Source: Candidatus Marinacidobacterales bacterium (GTDB lineage: Bacteria; Acidobacteriota; Vicinamibacteria; Marinacidobacterales; DATDRI01). Taken from it: a DNA stretch of 64,000 nt. Where the stretch lies: NCBI GenBank assembly GCA_965219415.1, contig CBDCNP010000002.1, positions 1,504,001-1,568,000 on the forward strand. Reading direction: 5' to 3'. The position numbers and the translations under genes are program-made. Positions 61,463 to 64,000 of the stretch are shown here, piece by piece (within the stretch, counting starts at the first letter, position 1; every line of letters starts with the position of its first letter). The notes under the pieces were generated by a model. The model was not told the DNA's origin. It did not search any database and saw nothing but the letters and a program-made list of their open reading frames with translations.

Positions 61463-62643
61463 CTACTCCTCCAAGCGGTTGTATTTCCTCAGCACCTCGC
61501 GAAGCCGTTCGTGGGGGATGGCGTAGACTTTGTTTCCGTTCGCGCCGCTCATCGTCTCCGCGGCCACCATCGCATTGACCACCGCTTCCTCGGTTGCCTC
61601 GACGGTCGCCTCGAACAGCGGGTTGAGGCTCCCGTTTCCGAGCATGCGGAGGTCGAACAGCCCACCCTCCTCGGTTCCGATCTCCGGGTGCGCGGTTGTG
61701 AACGCGACAAAGATGTCGCCGGAGCCGTTACCGGCGATGCTACCGTTTCGACCCAGGCCCAAACTGGCGCGTTTGGCGATTCGCTTCAATTGATGGGGTA
61801 AAACGGGAGCGTCGGTCGCAACAACGATAATGATCGACCCTTCTTTTACCAGGGCTTGATCGAGCTCCGGCATCAAGTCGGTGATCTCCCGGCCAACCGG
61901 CACGCCGGCGATGCGAAGCTGCTCACGCCCGCCGAAGTTGGCCTGAACGAGGACGCCGACACGATACGTTCCGTGCTCGGTCTCCGCGATGCGCGACGAG
62001 GTACCGATACCCCCCTTGAACTCGTGGACCACCATACCGGTTCCACCACCGACGTTGCCTTCCGCGACCGGCCCGGGTCGCGCCGACTCGATGGCGCGGA
62101 AGACGTGCTCGCGCTGGACATGAAAACCGTCGATGTCGTTCAGGTAACCATCCCACGTCTCGGCTGCAACCGGGAGACTCCAATTCACACCCTCCACGTG
62201 GCGCACCGACCATTCGATGAGCGCCTGATGTACCGTGCCCACGCTGTGGGTATTGGTGATCGCCACCGGCCCTTCTAAGATCCCGGCCCTTCTAAGATCC
62301 CCGACTCCTCAATCCACGTCGTGCCGGTCATCTCACCGTTGGCGTTGAGCGTGAACCATGCGGCGAAGACCTGGTTCTTGGCGGTCCGTCCTTTGGGAAG
62401 CACTACCGTCACGCCGGTGCGCACTGGACCCTTCCCCACTTCGAGTACGCCGTCGCCAGAGATGATGGTGGTGTGCCCCACTTCCACACCCTGGACGTCG
62501 GTAATCGCATTCAGCGGGCCGGGTATCCCGTCGAATGGGATGCCCAGATCGCGGGCTCTTGGATTGGATTGTGCTGCCGCGACGGCGACCGAGAGCGCAA
62601 CGACCAAAAAGGTGAAAGATCCAAGTAAATGTCGATACATCAC
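61463..62643 (-). pseudogene. DmpA-like P1/S58 aminopeptidase, frameshifted by a 17-bp tandem duplication
   Basis: RARDLG, NAITDV, RTGVT, NGEMTG, ITNTHSVG, ETWDG, EGNVGGGTGM, GSIIIVVATDAP. CCGGCCCTTCTAAGATC is duplicated at 62266-62299. Confidence 0.92.
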
Positions 62644-62686
62644 CGCATCTCCTTGCCTTTGTTGAGCTTCGCCTTAAACCCTTGAC

Positions 62687-63181
62687 ATGACTACCCTTTT
62701 CGGTTTTAAACATACCGGCTTGCAAAAGAAACAAACACTCCTTTCACTCATCGGTGTTTTGGCTCTATTGGCCTCGGCCTGCAGCGGTCTCGATATTCTC
62801 CAGTCCGTCGTGAACCCTGACGATGGCAGTGGCACTCAACCCGATCTTCGACTGGCTCGCGTAACGTCGGACAACGACGCGCCGGGGGTATTTTGCGGTG
62901 TAGGGCCAACGGTCGTCGTAGCGGTTGAGAATCGCGGCCAAGAGAGAGCCGGCGCTTCGGTAACTATGCTCGTTTTCGTTCCCGGCGGTTCGTTCGACGT
63001 GCAGATCCCCGAGATCGAAGCCGACAGCTCGATCCAACTCTCGCCGATCGCGGTTCCCAGGGGGTGTTTCAATCCGGACTGTGATTTCACAATCCTCGCC
63101 GATTCTCGCTTCCAAGTGGAAGAATCGGACGAAGGCAATAACCGCGCCGACGGGAATTGTCCCGCTTCGGTCGCCCCCTAG
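62687..63181 (+). CDS. CARDB-like lipoprotein
   Basis: Lipobox LASAC, PDLRL, VENRG..AGAS, ADSRFQVEESDEGNN. Confidence 0.75.
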   Translation: MTTLFGFKHTGLQKKQTLLSLIGVLALLASACSGLDILQSVVNPDDGSGTQPDLRLARVTSDNDAPGVFCGVGPTVVVAVENRGQERAGASVTMLVFVPGGSFDVQIPEIEADSSIQLSPIAVPRGCFNPDCDFTILADSRFQVEESDEGNNRADGNCPASVAP

Positions 63182-63227
63182 CCGGCGTCTCTTCGCCTTC
63201 GCCAGGGGCTCCGGCGATTGGCCGCCC

Positions 63228-64000
63228 CTAGTTGATGTAGCCGAGGCTTCGCAGCCGGTCCCGATATTCGTCTTGGTCTCTCGGCGGGACCTCGAATTCG
63301 AGCGGCTCGGGATTGAAGAATTCTCCGTAGGAAGCGGTTCGAATCTCGGGATGACTCTTCAAGTAGGCGCGCTCGAAGAATCGGTATCGAACGGAACCAT
63401 CGAGCTCCTCTGAGATCGGCAGACCCTGCATGTAGAGCAGGGTCGGAAGAACGTCCTCCACACCGACAACGCCGTGAACGAAATTGTAAGCCGACCCACG
63501 GAGCGTCAATTGATTTCCCCCTTTCCGAACACCGGGGCCCTTGATGATGAGAACACCGTAACCGCTGTGGTCGGCGGGAGCGTTTCCATTCGGCGTCGTT
63601 CGGAAACCGTGATCGGAGCAGATCACGACAGTCACTTCATCCCCGGCCACGTCCAGGAGCTCACCGATATACGAGTCCACGACCGCGTAGTACCGGTCGA
63701 CGACGCGTCGATGTAGATCGAACCCCTCGGGCAGAAATACCGGAACCTTCCGGTCCGGATAGGCCATGTATTGCCAGAACTTATGGCCGGCGCCATCCAC
63801 CCCCTCGAAGTAAGTGGCGTAGAGCGAAAGGTCCTCGTTGCGCAGCAAGTGCTCGGTGATTCGTTGATAGAGCCGATCCTGCCACAAGACTGCATAGAAG
63901 TGATCCTTGTCGCGCCCCTTGAGAAACGCGTGTTTTTCCAAAGGGAAGACATTTTCGTTAACGAACGCCTCCGTTTCCTCCGGGAGGCCGATCTCGTTCA
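63228..64000 (-). CDS. Alkaline phosphatase/nucleotide pyrophosphatase-family protein (5' outside window)
   Basis: GVDGAGHKFW, YYAVVDSYIG, CSDHGF, DVLPTLL, LDG, RLRSLGYI. Confidence 0.85.
   Translation of the reverse strand, partial: NEIGLPEETEAFVNENVFPLEKHAFLKGRDKDHFYAVLWQDRLYQRITEHLLRNEDLSLYATYFEGVDGAGHKFWQYMAYPDRKVPVFLPEGFDLHRRVVDRYYAVVDSYIGELLDVAGDEVTVVICSDHGFRTTPNGNAPADHSGYGVLIIKGPGVRKGGNQLTLRGSAYNFVHGVVGVEDVLPTLLYMQGLPISEELDGSVRYRFFERAYLKSHPEIRTASYGEFFNPEPLEFEVPPRDQDEYRDRLRSLGYIN

Noticed and set aside
1-64000. CRISPR array, cas genes, reverse transcriptase/DGR, tRNA or rRNA
   Set aside because: I found no regularly spaced repeat-spacer units, RT motifs or recognisable structural RNA by inspection. 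A tRNAscan/Infernal run would be needed to exclude small RNAs formally.

Overview
GC-rich bacterial chromosomal segment. Its gene content (several Hanks kinases, DUF4388, PEGA/TonB, CotH, DUF5989) suggests Acidobacteriota, possibly Vicinamibacteria; this is inference only. The left part (1-16.7 kb) holds signalling and surface genes: a kinase-PEGA-TonB protein, a PilY1-like gene broken by IS30 and ISL3, an RHH gene, a DUF4388-kinase, a HEAT protein, a secreted beta-rich protein and an IS256 with an 8-bp TSD. Three sigma54 promoters with IHF-like sites lie in this part. The middle holds acyl-CoA and PLP enzymes, a membrane wHTH regulator-yjbQ-B12 radical SAM module with an 11-bp-period operator, a TPR kinase, a GT2 and carbamoyltransferase/DUF5989. 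The right part holds transporters, a hydantoin/cyclic-amide catabolic operon, a CoA ligase plus aminotransferase, a Mo-hydroxylase operon, a CotH protein, MBL, SDR and DmpA. The most striking feature is non-random decay. About 19 genes carry frameshifts, internal deletions or truncations, and several fused gene-half junctions are visible, while 47-61.4 kb is essentially intact. I saw no rRNA, tRNA, CRISPR array or reverse transcriptase. All family assignments come from motif recognition, not database searches.
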